From Chlorokybus atmophyticus (Eukaryota; Plantae; Mesostigma and Chlorokybus algae), in assembly GCA_009103225.1 (NCBI GenBank), contig RHPI01002119.1, forward strand, positions 372,001-436,000: 64,000 bases of DNA, read 5' to 3'. A program made the translations under genes and the position numbers. Position 1 is the first letter of the stretch. The number at the start of each line of letters is the position of its first letter. Below are positions 13,418-27,092 of the stretch, one piece after another. The notes beneath the pieces were generated by a model. It saw only the letters and a list, made by a program, of their open reading frames with translations. It did not search any database and was not told where the DNA came from.

Positions 13418-15499
13418 ATGAATCCTCTGACGCAGATCAAGAACACTCAGAAGATCACTGCTCGTGAGGTGGAGGCGGGGCTTGGGGACGACAGCTCTTG
13501 GCACGCCAAGTACAAGGACTCCGCCTACGTCTATGTGGGCGGCCTGCCCTTCTCCCTCACTGAAGGCGACCTCTTGGCCGTCTTCGCTCAGTAAGGATTG
13601 CGTTGAATAGCTCTTGTGCGTAGCGTCGCTGCTTGTTGCTGAGCTGGCACGCAGTTTCACCTTGCTTAGCTAGCATGTTTTATCGACGCTTACTTGGGTT
13701 GAATGATTTTCTGCTTGTTAAGGTACTTTAAAAAGTTGCTGGTGATAACTATCGTATGTAACATGCAATATTTGTTTGTTACGCGAACTTGCTTGGTATG
13801 TGTGGTTGTCTTTTGCCATGATGAAGGTGCTGTCTATGCGTGCATTGGCTGCACCTACACCTAAATTAGCTGACAACCCAAAGTTTTGTTCAGCTCTTTA
13901 TCTGTGGGTGAGCTCCCTTCTTAACAGACGCCAGCGTCAACTCTCGCTCTTACTCGTTATGTCATTATTGTGCCCTACATCACGTGTGCACACGCCCATC
14001 CGAGTACCGTATTATAGTGCTTCCATTAGTCTCAAAGTAACTGATGGTTTTCCTGCTCTAAAATGTACCTGCCTGTGATAATGCGTGCTAAGTCATTGGG
14101 CTGGACATATGTTGCATAAAGGTCGTAGCGAAGCATGGCGGTACTGTGTAGAGTTTGTGCTGTGCACAACAACATTGACTCACCTTGTATGCGCGCAATA
14201 CAGGTATGGCGAGATTATGGACGTCAATTTGGTGAAAGATCCCGACACTGGCAAGAGCAAAGGCTTTGCTTTCCTGGCTTACGAAGACCAGCGATCAACT
14301 GTCCTGTCTGTTGGTAAGCTACCCAAACGCATGCTGCTACATTGTCACAGATTGAGGGAAACATACACAGTCCCAGATCAGTGACAGAAGTTGCATCATG
14401 TGCGCTGCCATATGGATGATGTCCTCAATAGTCAGGTACTGACATGTTCAATTGCGAAATTGCAGACAACTTGAATGGTGCCAAGGTTGCCGGCCGCATT
14501 GTGAAGGTGGACCATGTGGCAAAGTACAAGCGCAAGCTTGAAGAGGACCCCGAAGAGAAGGAGAAGGCGCGAGAAGAGAGGGGAGTGTGCTACGCGTTTC
14601 AGCGTGGCGAGTGCAAGCGCGGCTCAGCTTGCAAGTTCTCGCACGACCTTGAGGTCAGGGCATCAAGTCAACGTGCTGCATGACATGAGCGGTATTATAG
14701 ACTTGTAATTTGGTTAGTTTTAAAGTGGCTACATGAGTGTGGTCATTTCTTGCAGCGCCATGCGAATACTGGCTGGGGACGGCCGGAAGACAAAGACGGA
14801 GAGCGCTGGAAGAATGACCGGTACGATGGCCCTGAGAGGTCGCGTGATCGGGGTGGGCCCTCAGGCGCTAATGCTCAACCAGTTGTGGCACGGCGACCTG
14901 TCTCTAATGACCCACAACCTGTGCCATCTTCTTCAGGTGAGGCTAGGCTAGTGCAATCTCATCCCACTGTTTTAGCAGTGAAAGTATTATGGCATCGCAT
15001 CCACTGGGCGTCTAACAACACATCTTTATCTAAGCAAGCAATCTGCATGCGTCGCACATGTTGCTGACTTCATACATAATTGCATGACCTTAGCAACACG
15101 CCTCTTGCCGCAGGTGCGCTTCCGTGGGAAGGAGGAGTGTTTTCTATCCTCAGCTCAGGTAGCAAAGCCGCAGAAGCGAAGCGAGAGAAGCGCAAGGCCG
15201 GGCACGGTGCTGAGCCGAGCAGCAGCAGATCCAAGAGCGATGATAGGGAAGGCACCAATGGAGTACATAAAAGCAGCAGAGACCAAGACAGAGACAGGGA
15301 AAGAGACAGCAACGGAGACAGAGACAGGGACAGAGACAGGAACGGAGACAGAGACAGAGACAGGGTCAGAGATAGCGGCAGAGGCAGGGATAGGGATAGA
15401 GATAGAAGTAGGGATGATACCAGGCAGGAAGATAGAGAGGGGAGAAGCGATCGGGGACAGTCTGATAGAGGCAGGGACCAGGATAGAAGGAGAACTTGA
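13418..15499 (+). CDS. RBMX2: RBMX2/Snu17 (RES complex) RRM protein with CCCH finger and RD/RE-rich tail
   Basis: MNPLTQIKNTQKI...SWHAKYKDSAYVYVGGLPFSLTEGDLLAVFAQ|YGEIMDVNLVKD..GKSKGFAFLAYEDQRST, CYAFQRGECKRGSACKFSH. Confidence 0.95.
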
Positions 15500-16273
15500 G
15501 AGCCGCAAGTGTTGGATGATGGAAGGTGTTATGGATGCGGCCAATGTAGGTTGTGTACTTGGTCCGACATGTCCTGACAGGATTGCTTCCCTCCTGCACA
15601 ACTGTGTACCGAGGTTAATGTAGCCAACGAGTTTGTATCGTGGATGCCAAACAAACATGTGGTCTCGTGTAATGGCCTGCTCAGGCAACCCTGCCAGCAC
15701 TAAGTAAACAGGAGTTCAAATGTTCAATCCACCTGTTGTGGTCTACATTGCAGCAGTTAAGCAAGCCAGTCTGTCGCTCAACATATGCTGATTCACAGCT
15801 ACAGGCAAGTGACCTGTGTATATAAGGGGTATGGTACGGTGTGTACAAAGCGCTTGCTTCTGAAGCCGAGTCCGTGTGCAAATAGCATTCAACTCTTCTA
15901 AACTATGTCATCCTGCAGCAGAGGCATTGCTCGCAGAGCTGCGTTAACAGCAACTGTTCATGCAATCTCAGTGCAGCCCGCAACTGACCTCATCTGAAGA
16001 CCAAGGCAGCATCTGTGACAAGCGCAAGGCCTGCTAAGAAGGTCAGATCCATATGGCTTGACACAAGTGCTGCAAGCTGCAGCCCGCTCCTAGCAACAAG
16101 TCCGCCCAAACTTGACCAGAATGTAGGGTGGGTGCTAACAAGTGCACCATTGATGCATACAGCTACGACTTGTTGCACATCGTCAGAATACTTGAGTAAC
16201 ATTATACAGCATACCCCTTACCTACGCACGTATGTACAGGCAACTATACTTTGCAATTATACAAAGCATAACT

Positions 16274-18087
16274 TCAATCATGAGACGTTCGCAACAGCTT
16301 AAGGTCATCATCATCAGCATGTATCTGCGGTTTGGCCTCGTCCCACGGCCCGTTTATCTGGTGCTTATACTTCTGTATGCGTATAAGCCAGAAGGGGCAG
16401 ACGAAAGTCACAAACGCGATGACGACCGCGTAAAGAGTAGTCAGCAGCTGACTCAAAGGCAGCAAAAGCACAGCTGTCCCGATGGCCATTACCGAAGATA
16501 TGACCAGATGCAGAGTGGGCGAGACACACTTGATGTGATGGCAAAGAATGGGGAAAAGGATGAACAGCTCCAGCGAAAAGAGTATCAACGCGAACACGTG
16601 GCGGTGAGACGGGAGTCGCGAAGCCATCAGCACCGAAGCAACAATCGCGGCATTGAGGGACACATTGCCAGTGAGGCGTGCAGTGACGGTGTTGGCGTAG
16701 CTGTAGTCATAAAGGAAGAGATGAAGCAGCAGTAAGCAGATGGTTGTGGCCCAGATGGTGTCGGAGCTGATGGTGCTGGTGAGTGTTTGGAGTATAGGTG
16801 ACAACACGTACACCCCGCACACGAAGAGCGTGCACTGAAGGGCGTTACGTTGGAGCGCGTGCGAGGGGAGAGGCCTCTTGGTCAGAGTAAGGCGCAGGAT
16901 GAAGCCAATAGTGAGGAATGCTGCATCCAGCGCGAGGAGAGACTTGGCCAGCACAGACTCCATCAGCGTGTACGTGCACATCACCGCCAGCAGCACCACC
17001 GTGCTGATCTGCTGCGACACGGCCGTGGAGTCCCTGACCTGTGCGTGCAGAGATTGTAGACTTGAAATTGGGTGAATGCACACATGCACACATGCAGCTT
17101 CGCTGTACGTGCTGCTGCTATGCATGGCAGGAAGCAATCCCTCTAAATACCCTGTTTGCGCCATGCCATGCAAAGGGCCCTTCCTAAATGAAAGCAGCTT
17201 GGCTGCTTGCTTGCTGCCAAGTTTGTTAGGGCCATGCATGTGTGTGCATGCATGCATGCAATTATCACTATCACTTAATCACGAGTTCATGGCCATGTAT
17301 GCACTAACCTGCGCAATGTGGCTTTAAGTCCGTTCAGGAGGCAAACACAAGAATAAACGCATATCACCCGCGCGTAATGGTACACACTTCAGCAAGCGTG
17401 TTGCACACAATGCATGCATGCATGTAGCCAAACCTTTGTTATTTGGAAGACGCGAACAAGAGCATAGCTCTGCTGCTTACTGAATGCATACCAACTTGCA
17501 ATGCAATATCCTTCGGAAGCCCCTCTCCTTTGATTGAACACACTTATGACGCACAACACGCACTTCGCAGTCGCACAACCACCTCACACGCACTGAAATC
17601 AACCCACTTATACGTAGTATAGACCAACATCATGTAGCTGCGTGCCCTATCTGTATGTTCAGTAGCTCTTTGATGTATGTACTGCATTGTGTTGTTGATC
17701 AATGTATGCACTTGGGCACCGCAATAAACGCTGCATGCTCACCACAGTCCAGTAGTCGTGGGTCCTCACGTCAGCATTAAACACCATGGAGGCAAGGAAC
17801 GACTCGTCGGTGTGGTTGTCGCCATAAGGCTGCCGGGCCCACAGCACCTTGCGCCATGGCACCGCTGGGGTGGCGGTGGTGGCGCCATCGCCCGACGCCG
17901 ACGCCGAGGAGGACGACGCCGCCGACGTCCCCAAGGACCTTGTCCTGATGGGCCGGAGACGCCTCGGGCTGGGACTCTCGGCGCTCGGGACGGGGGAGGA
18001 CGGTAACGTGGTGTCGGCGGCGGCGGCGGTGGGGGAACCGCTGGCCGCCGCCACCCCTACCGCCGCCGCTGCCGACGCCGTTGGCAT
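16274..18087 (-). CDS. PIGC: Phosphatidylinositol N-acetylglucosaminyltransferase subunit C (GPI2); 2 exons, intron 17039-17742
   Basis: WRKVLWARQPYGDNHTDESFL, LSPILQTLTSTISSDTIWA, SLNAAIVASVLMASRL, KYKHQINGPWDEA. Confidence 0.95.
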
Positions 18088-18555
18088 GAATGTGTGACCG
18101 CTACAAACGCCAAGGCATAAGCAGAAGTATAGCATGCAGTGCACAGCACACGCAGCGTGTGGCAGGCTACAATCAGACATGCACACACGCCACTTGTCAC
18201 ACATGATATGCACGTTGCTAATGCAGTGCAGCCATGCAGTCCAGACTAACGCAAGCTACATACGTATGTGTGCTGTGTGTTTGTGTTCAAGGAGAAGGCT
18301 AGCTGCCTCTTTTATACCGGTCGTCAAGTGCATGAACAGCGCATTGTGTGATACACAGTGTTTGGCGCATGGGATGCATGTGGCAATGGCAGCAACGACA
18401 GGTCGTTATGCAACAATGTCAACAGTTTGATGACGACAGACATGCAGCGAAGGACTGTGTTTTGCTTGTTTAAAGCAGTGTCAACACACGTACTACTCTA
18501 AGACATGCATGGTTGATCACTTTTCAGTGTACACACCAAACTGAAACGATCACAA

Positions 18556-20803
18556 TTAATAGTCTCGCGCTCTACAGGCCACCACAAAGCCATTGCTGTA
18601 AGACGGCAGCGCATTGTCGTGCTGTCTGTGGCTGAACGGTTTGCGAAAAGGGTTCACGCATACCTGCATTATAACATCGAACCAATCAGCATCTTGCACC
18701 GACGCATAATAGCGTGTGTGCATAATGTTCTGTCAGACAGCTTACTGGTTGCGAAACCTGCAAGCCATTGGCCTCAAGTATGCGTTGCGCCATTACCGCA
18801 GCCTCCTCGCAGTAGTCAGTGACGACAAATGGAGCGGATTGTGCAGATATGACTTTCTAAACAAGTAACGAGTTGATTAGGCCATGATAAGCCGCAGGAT
18901 CGCGGTACAGTTGGTAGATATGGTTGCATATCGCACCAGTGCTGGGAGCCAGCTAGTGTACGCAGGGATCCCGGCATTGCACGCGATGATCAAATCTGCA
19001 CGCGTCTGCGGTCACGACAGTCAACCGCGATCATCAGCGTCAGTGATGCAACTCATACATCCTGCTGACTTGCAGCTATGTGTGTGTATGGATGTGTGTG
19101 TATGGATGTGCAACAGGATCCAAGGATGGCAATTGGAAATCGTTGGCACAAACCTGTTGAAGCTGTGGCTGGCTGACAGCGTTTTGGTACAGTCCGTGGT
19201 GGACAGTGATGAGAAGGCAACCGCTAATATTGTCATCGCTGTTACCGACACTTAACACTGTAACACCATTCCTGTAAACCATCGGTTGGTAAGCTTGCAA
19301 GCTCTCAACAAGCATGTATGAAAAGTGCTTACTTCTGTGCCGGTACAGATGGCCCGATCATGTGGATGTGTAGCTTCAGTGCAGGCAGCATGTAGTGCAG
19401 ATCGGAAAATACAGCCCACTGGTCAAGCTCCCGCTCAGGCCCTGCAAGTAGTTACTCAAATCAGTGCAATAAGCTCATGATGAACGCATGCAGGAACGCA
19501 TGCAATGCATCATACCCAAGTAGTGCACGACACAATCCCTGCGTGCGCGAGCAAGATGCACGTCCAAGGCATGGTACACTGTCAATGGCTGACCTGCCAA
19601 AAGGAAAACAACTGTTGGTACAGAAGGAGTGGTTGGCGTGCAATGTGTTGTCACATGCAAACACATCACCAACTGCAGTCAGAGTAGCGGCAAATGTCCT
19701 TACACATGACATGAGTAACGGTATGGCGGAGTTGAGTTGCAAGCCACGCCACGCACAGTAGTCCTGCCAGCTGCTGATTGAAGTAGCTGCTTTGCACTCA
19801 CCAGGACTGGTGCATTCTGTCCACAGTTGCACGAAGCGCAGTGTTTGTTTGGGTTTGACGAGGGTTACATTGCTGTGGTGTGCCAATGACAGCAACTATA
19901 CCTGGCAGCTTTGACCAAGGCTCTTCCTCATCCATATCTGCAAAGCACGAACAGCAACACAGGCTTAGAAGCAAGTTGCACGTTATTTGCTAGTATGCGA
20001 GCAACAACAACGTGCGCAGCGATTGGTTTTGTGGCTATGCACAGCTGGTTTGATCTGCTGTGCTTACCGAGCGTGCCATACGGCATCCATGCGGGTCCAT
20101 GACACACACACTCCCTGCGCCACAAGCCCTTGCCATGGAGCTCACGACGTGATAGAAGAGCACACATGTCTGTCCGCCCCTCATCTACCTGACAAGGACC
20201 AATAGAACAGCTGGAGTCTTGGACTCTGGTAGCTTGTGCTGTCATGCACCATGCCTATACCTCGGTTGTAACTTCAGCTGTGTACGTGAAGGGGAAAGCC
20301 CTCAACTCTTCTGTGCGCAACAGCTGTTGTGCCATCCGTGAGCACTGCGCTTCATCGTGTTCAAGTTGAGCGTGGAGCTTCTGTTGCAAACAACAGCAAG
20401 GCATCAAAGCAGCACAAGCACAGAAATGAAATTATCAGCTTTGGTCACGCTTTGCATGGCAAGCACGAGCAAAGTGACGAATGGAATACAGTTACAGTCA
20501 AAGAGAGTCATTCATGGGTTCAGTAAGTTGCAAGTTGGTCTTGTTCGTAGCTGCTATGCGGCTATGCATATCGAGGCGCCAGATGTGTGGTCATGCAAAG
20601 TGAGGTATGCAACAAACCTGATGCTCGGTGCAGCAGTAGCAGAACGCCTCGCAGCCTTTGCACTTGAGCAACGGCTGGTCGCCGCAAGACTTACCGCAAA
20701 CCTGGCACTCCCACATCACATTGTCATGCATGCCCCTTCCTCCTCCACACCCAAGCACCTCCACCTCCTCCTTCTTCTCCGCCGCTGTCGCCACGGCGGG
20801 CAT
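18556..20803 (-). CDS. MYND zinc finger / MSS51-like C-terminal domain protein (plant ZMYND15-like)
   Basis: CQVCGKSC...CKGCEAFCYCCTEHQ, FPFTYTAE, WQDYCAWRGL, NAGIPAYTSWLP, TDYCEEAA, NPFRKP...SYSNGF. Confidence 0.85.
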
Positions 20804-21145
20804 GTCAACAGGAGCAGCGGATGGTCAAGCAAGTTGCGCTCAGTGCAGGCATGCGCACTGCGGCCTGCCGGAGAGCCGCACAGCCGGGCGACGAAAGCAA
20901 TGCATGAAGTTGTGCTTTCCCGCCAATGCACGCGACTGCGGCGGCGGCGGCGGAGGAGGAGGAGCAGGAGGAGGGGGAGGATTTGGGTGACAAGGAGTCG
21001 TATGGGCGTTGAGTCAGAGAGTATGGGTTTGAGGAAGCGGCGGAGTAGGAGTAGCTCTTTGTCTATGACCGCTGGATCAGGCTGATGTGCCCGCCACCAA
21101 CCTGGCAATCCTTGAGGTGGAAGCTGACGCCTGCTGCTCGCCGCA

Positions 21146-23444
21146 ATGGGCACTCTGCGGCCACTACTCCTGGCTATTCAGGTAGGTGGGCCCGGCATGA
21201 TATGATGACCGGCCGGACGGAAGCTTTGCAGTAACTTGCACATGTGCTGAGGTAGTGGCTCGTTGGAACAGCTGATTTGAGTAGATTGGCGACTCTAGCA
21301 TGCAGTTATAAATTACAAGGACAGCTGCCTGATTTTGGTAGCAACGTCTACATGCCCGTCTATGCCAGCACCACGCGCGCATTTTTGCATACATACGCCC
21401 AAAGAAGTCTGACACGCAGTGATAGCGCTTTTCAGTATCTGCAGAAAGCTTGTCAAGCCGTCAAAGCTCATTCTATGTGCATGCACAGCTGGTGATGTTC
21501 TGTCAATAAAGGTATCTCCTCCTTAGTACTTTGGGGTCGTTTAGTCACGTGCATTACACATGCGCACATGCTTTACTGTTTGCTGCAGAGAAGACACATG
21601 CGGACTTTCTCACAGCTTGCACCAACAGCAATGCAAGCTGAGATTACATCATGAGACTTTATCCGTCACTCATAGTAGGTTTGCGGTCCCAAGGATGCTT
21701 TTCCTGTCGCACAGCCAATGGTCAACCTGCCTTGCTTACTGAGCAACAGAAGTGTGCAGCTTCAGGGTATTGTCATCATGGTGGTGCTGACGCTTGGTTG
21801 GCTATACGCGGCACGCAAGAGAAGAAACCAAGTTGCACTCATTCAGCCTAACAACAGGCACCGACAGTCTGCTGCCTGTCGTTTGGCTTCCTCTCAAGCC
21901 TCGGTATGCCATTATCGCACGTGCAGTTGCCTTTCCATTTTGTGTCAGAATTTTGCAGTAGTAACACCTTTTCATGATGACAGTCATCCTGCAGCAATTG
22001 CTCAATATTGCGGTGGTGGGTACAAGCTTGTACAAACAATGTGTTGATTTGCAAACCGCAGGCAGCTTCTTGTTCCCCATTTGAACAGCTTACGACTCGT
22101 TGCAGGTGACCGTTGTGCTGCCTGTTAAAGGAGTGCGACGGAACTGTTTGTCCAACTGGAGCACACAGCTGTCATCCCGTTACAGCGGTGCATTGCAGTT
22201 CATTTTCGTTACAGAAAGCACTCAAGATGAGGCACACGCCGCCGTGTTGAGCTTGATAAGTTCATTACCAGCACAAAACAGCAGCTTTGCGCGCCCGCGA
22301 GTACAACTTGTGGTTGCCGGCCATGCCACAACATGCAGCCAGAAAATACACAACATGTTGGCGGGAGTGCGTGCCTCAGAGCAGCACAGCTCTGACTACA
22401 CTCTCTTCTTGGATGATGACATCCGACTTCATCCCGACACCGTCCATGTCCTTGTCAATGCATTGCAGAAGGACATTGATGCATTCATAGCCACAGGCTT
22501 CCCTTTTGACATCCCGGGCAACACATTTGCAAGCTATTGCATTATGGCATACCACTTGCCCTTAGTCGTAGGTACAACCACCAACGTTTGTGTCACCAAA
22601 CAGGTGCACTGCACGCCATATGGCAGTGACTAAACTGTAGCCATGTCTGCAGGTTTCTCAACTGATGGGCGCACTCCATTTGTGTGGGGTGGCTGCATGT
22701 TGTTGCGCACATCAGACCTGCTGGAAGACCGGCATGGCTGCGTTAGCGCCTTGCGTGACGGTGGGTACTCAGATGATCTCACGCTAGCTGCAGTGGCCAG
22801 CGCGCACTCCCGCAGTGTAGTGTGTCCCGCGCAGGCCCTATTCCCACAACAGCTGGAGTCTGGCAGCACAATGCATGGGTAAGCAACTCTCGTTGGTAGC
22901 AGGGATAGTGCAAGGGTTCTTGCTGTGCATCAGCACCAATAGATGTGTGTTGCACAGGTACTGGAATTATCTGCGAAGGCAGCTGGTTGTGATGGACACA
23001 TACAGCAGCGCACACAACCGGCACGTGAATCACGCTCTGCTGGCGTCGCATTGCTACCTGTCGTGGGCGCTGGTGCTGGCCATCCTGCTTTCGTGTTACG
23101 TGTTATGCGCACACATTGTTCTTTCGCCATTGCGAAAGGCAGGCGTTGCGTCACAGGCAGAGGTGTCGGCAAGCTGCATGCTGTTTTTGAGTACATATGG
23201 CGCAGCCTGTATGCTGCGATACATGCAGGCCATGATGGCGGAGCTATGCGCGGCATTGTCATCACGGAAGCCTATTGATGTTCAGAGTTATAGCATGCGC
23301 AAGATGCTGCTGGGACTGCTGGTGCACAATCTGGTATTGCCATTATGCGGGGTGTACACGGCCTTGACATCCCATGTGGAGTGGTCTGGTGTGGTGTACA
23401 CGCGCAAGCTTGGTAAAGTTTGTAGCATATGTAGAAAGGAGTAG
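21146..23444 (+). CDS. GCS: Ceramide glucosyltransferase (GT21, plant GCS-like)
   Basis: LAIQ|GIVIMVVLTLGW, VTVVLPVKG, TTCSQKIHNML, LFLDDDIRLHP, WGGCM, GGYSDDLTLA, RYWNYLRRQ, WSGVVY. The first exon at 21146 is inferred across a ~585 bp intron. Confidence 0.9.
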
Positions 23445-23479
23445 CTGACAGACTCAATATGCTTGGCTAACAGAGGTCT

Positions 23480-24260
23480 AGAAGCTGGAAATTGCCAGGT
23501 AAGTCTTGATGTGTGCTCAATGAATTCGTACATGGCGTCACTTTTGCTTGCCAGAGATTCAATTGGCAGTACAAAATCTACGAGTTTGTGTCTGGAGTTG
23601 TTGAGCACAGCAACACCCCTTCCGCCTAAGACTTGTACCTGCGTTGGATCATATTACTGATTGGATTGCAAGCTGAATGCCGCAGTGACAGAATTGTGTG
23701 TTACAAATCTACAATAAGTATATGCTAGAATTCTACCTAAACTACCATCATCTTAGCAGTTCGCTAGATAAGCGATATGAGAATAGATAACAAAATTAAA
23801 AGCCAGAAGGCATTGACATACCGGCATTGACATACCGGCATTGACATACCGGCACATGTACGCGGGCACAGCATACATGTGCTGATATGCCACTGTGGTT
23901 GTCGCACCATGCCTAGTAGATAAATGCACGCGGGCACAGCAGCATACCCCTTTTACAATATGACTGAAGCAGTGCAAAATCATCTGCTGGATCTCACACA
24001 ACGTCGAGTGAGTATAGACACGCAGACGATCGGGCACTCCATCAATGACAATGGGCGTAATAAGCCATCAGCAAAGCACAGTCGCAAGAATTAGGATCAG
24101 TTCCTGGCCCTTTTTACCGCCCCTCCCTAGCTGTCGCTTGCTGAACTGCTTGCTACAGTCAAATGCATCTACTCGTGATGTTGTTTGCTGTTGTTTGGTG
24201 CAGCTGTAGAAGGACTTGGCCAGCTCCAGGTTCAAAGTCTCCCAAAGCATGTGTGCTGCG
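23480..24260 (-). mobile_element. Possible highly decayed hAT transposase fragment
   Basis: Broken frames give LAKSFYSC, TPIVIDGVPDRL and SKSDAMYEF, weakly resembling the N-terminal hAT (DUF659-type) core. This is pattern recognition only. Confidence 0.25.
23809..23850. repeat. 14-bp tandem repeat x3 (GGCATTGACATACC)
   Basis: Three exact adjacent copies read directly. Confidence 0.9.
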
Positions 24261-24394
24261 CCAACATCTTGTCATTTGCACAGTACTGGGTACAAACCAA
24301 CATGCAGCTCATAACATCCACAACGGATGGCCAGGCAGCTGAAGAAGAAAGCTTTGCAAGCCGACCCTTTCAGCTCAGCCCCATCCCAACAAAG

Positions 24395-26323
24395 CTAGAA
24401 CTTCATGGTGAAGTAGTCGGCGTCAAAGTGATGAATGCGCATGTAACCGTCCTCTCCGCCAGAGGCAAACCTGAAAAACAACAAATCAGACACTGGGCAA
24501 CTAAGCAAGAGAGTGAAACTTCAGCGGGTAGCAACAACACTGGAGATGGCTGCTTACCCTCTGCCGTCAGGAGAGAAAGCAACCGTGTTCAGGGGTCCAA
24601 AGTGACCCTTAACACCACCGAATTCTTCCTCAAAGATCTGTCGAAAGGCAAGAACAGTCAACCAACATCATCAGGCCACATAACAACTCAAGCGCAATCT
24701 CGACACGTACCTTGTGGAAGAACTTGGCCTCGAACTTGCCAGCACGCGAGGATGTTGTTGTGACTTGCGACGCTTCTTGGCCACCACCAAGGACAACCTG
24801 AAGACAATAACACACGCGCAAGTAAGTGACAACTGTGTGCCGACCAACAACTGTGTGCGAATGCAAATCTGCTCTTCAATCAAGGATCAAATTACTTACA
24901 TGATCACGAATAGGTGAAATGGCAGCAGAGTTACACGGACGATCCGTCACGTAGGTCTTGAGCACATCAAGTGTCCTGAAGTCCCACAACTGCACACGCA
25001 ACGATGAGTAACCGATATTGATGGCTCAACTGCTGCATGCATGTGTACAGCTCGGCCCAATAAGCATACCTTAGCGGTTTTGTCTTGCGAGGCAGAGATG
25101 AACTGCGTGCCATCCTGTGAAGGCGTGATATTGCTGACAGACTTTGTGTGGTCGTTCCGTACTAGCAGCTCCTTGCCAGTCTGACGCGCAGAAGAGAGGG
25201 TTGAGTTCACTATCAACTGCAACGACACAGGCAATAAGACAATGCGCATACGCGCATACCTGTGCATCCCACATACGCACGGTGCTGTCCTCTCCAGCAC
25301 TAACTATAGTCTTATTCAACGGACCCCACAGCGCTCTGTTCACCCTCGTGACGTGTCCCGACATTGACAAAACTGGAGCGTTCTCTGCGACAAAACGTGA
25401 TAGTAAGCAGCAGCAAACACAAGCTTGGCAACATGACATATATGCTACATGCAGCTCAGGTCAGTTAGCGCGCACACAAGCATACAAGCATGGTGGTTAT
25501 CACTTACTGACAAAGCTGTCATTTTCTATCCTGAAGATGTGAATTGCAGACTGCGTGCCCATAAAGGGATCTGCGGTGATGACAACCTCCTTTCCGCCAA
25601 CGGAGAACTCGACTGATCTTAGTGGCGTATCCATCGTTATGCGCGCGAGCTCCGTGCCTGTCTCTGTGTCCCACAACCTCGCTGTCATGTCCGCGGAGCC
25701 CGTTATCAGCCTGCTGCTATCCCCTGTGAAGAGGGAACAAGAACTCAGTTCATCCTTTGTTGTGCTCAAAAAATCTGATTTAATGTCTCGCCCAAGTTGA
25801 CATGCATGCAAAGAAAAAGTGTTAAACTGGAGAGACGAAGGTAGTGAGCTGTCAACACCACAAATCTCTCTGACACCCCTCCTTCTCCATCTATGTGCCA
25901 TGAGCAAACCCTAATTTCTCGCATGCACGGCCCAAGATATGTACATGACAAACAAACTACTACTGGAACAAAAGTAAGTCGCAACAGTGCTTGCTATGCA
26001 CATAATTAATTGCACTCCAACAAAAGGTAAGCGCTCCGCAAAGCGCTCAAATACCAGGACAAGAAATTTCGCTACTGTGAGAAGCCAACTGAGAAGCTCA
26101 GTGTATGGTAAGTGTGCTCTGCTGCAGCTGTTTGCTTACTTGTAAGGTCGCAGCACCAGACGGCTCCGTTGTGTCCCTTGTACGTGCCGATGCGCTCTCC
26201 AGTGTCGGAGTACCATGCTGTGGGGTTGTGATCCTTGGCGCAGCTGAAGACCAGATCCCCTTCCCTGTTGTACTTGACAAACGTCAGGGGCCGCTCATGC
26301 CCCTTGCATAGAATCGGCCTCAT
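24395..26323 (-). CDS. EIF3I: Eukaryotic translation initiation factor 3 subunit I (WD40)
   Basis: [92 protein letters not shown]. Confidence 0.97.
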
Positions 26324-26500
26324 GCTGGCTGTGTCTCTGCCGCTGTGCTTCAAGCAAGACAATCACCAAATCGCAAACAACTCCTTCTCCTACGATCAAG
26401 AGCACCGTTCAGATGTTGCTGTCGCCGCCGCGCAGGTCACCAACGCCGCTACCGCCACCAACGCCACCGTCCAGCACCTCAACACTCCCGCCGCCTCCAG

Positions 26501-26510
26501 TTTAGGGTTT
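26501..26510 (-). promoter_or_regulatory. Telo-box (AAACCCTAAA)
   Basis: About 180 bp upstream of the eIF3i ATG. A second copy lies at 25906-25914 inside the gene. Confidence 0.6.
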
Positions 26511-26571
26511 GCATGCAGTGACGGCAAATCAAAGTATATGTTACCTACAATTTGCGCATTATCAGCGTCCT

Positions 26572-26653
26572 GCAGTCGTGTCCGAGTGGTTAAGGAGATT
26601 GACTAGAAATCAATTGGGATCTTCCCGCGCAGGTTCGAGTCCTGCCGACTGCG
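26572..26653 (+). tRNA. tRNA-Ser(AGA)
   Basis: Acceptor stem GCAGTCG/CGACTGC, D arm TCCGAGTGGTTAAGGAG, anticodon arm ATTGA-CTAGAAA-TCAAT, long variable arm, T loop GGTTCGAGTCC. Confidence 0.96.
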
Positions 26654-26738
26654 CTTACGATTGCAGACAATTCTTTTGCTCTCTGGAATGTCCTAGACCA
26701 AATGTGCTAACTTAAAAATGCACATGCAAGCTTTGGCC

Positions 26739-27040
26739 GTCACCTCTGCGGCGGGTTGGCGGCGCCAGCTTGGCGCAGCCTACCCATGCATGCAAAAGTG
26801 ACAACTTCTATTACATAGGCATTCCAATATGACAGATGCAGCAATGCACTCAGACAAGCAAGCTTAAAGCACAGCAATCTGTTACCACCAGCGAGGGCCG
26901 GTCACCTCTGCGGCGGGTTGGCGGCATGCATGCAAAAGTGACAACTTCTATTGCATAGGCATTCCAATATGACAGATGCAGCAATGCACTTAGACAAGCA
27001 AGCTTAAAGCACAGCAATCTGTTACCACTAGCGGGGGCCG
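26739..27040. repeat. Tandem duplication (162 bp + 140 bp copies)
   Basis: The block GTCACCTCTGCGGCGGGTTGGCGGC...GTTACCAC-AGCG-GGGCCG occurs at 26739 and 26901. The second copy lacks ~22 bp. Confidence 0.9.
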
Positions 27041-27092
27041 GAATAAGATAGGCTGCGTGCAATCAAGTGCAATACGGATGGGGAAGGAGGTG

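Noticed and set aside
15990-16202. Minus-strand ORF with DDVQQVV...HPTFWS resembling a hAT motif
   Set aside because: The match is too short, it lies in the probable PIGC 3' region, and there are no supporting flanking motifs.
21202-21250. ATGATGA...CTGA in the first GCS intron as a C/D snoRNA
   Set aside because: Only ~49 nt, no terminal stem, and no recognisable rRNA antisense element.
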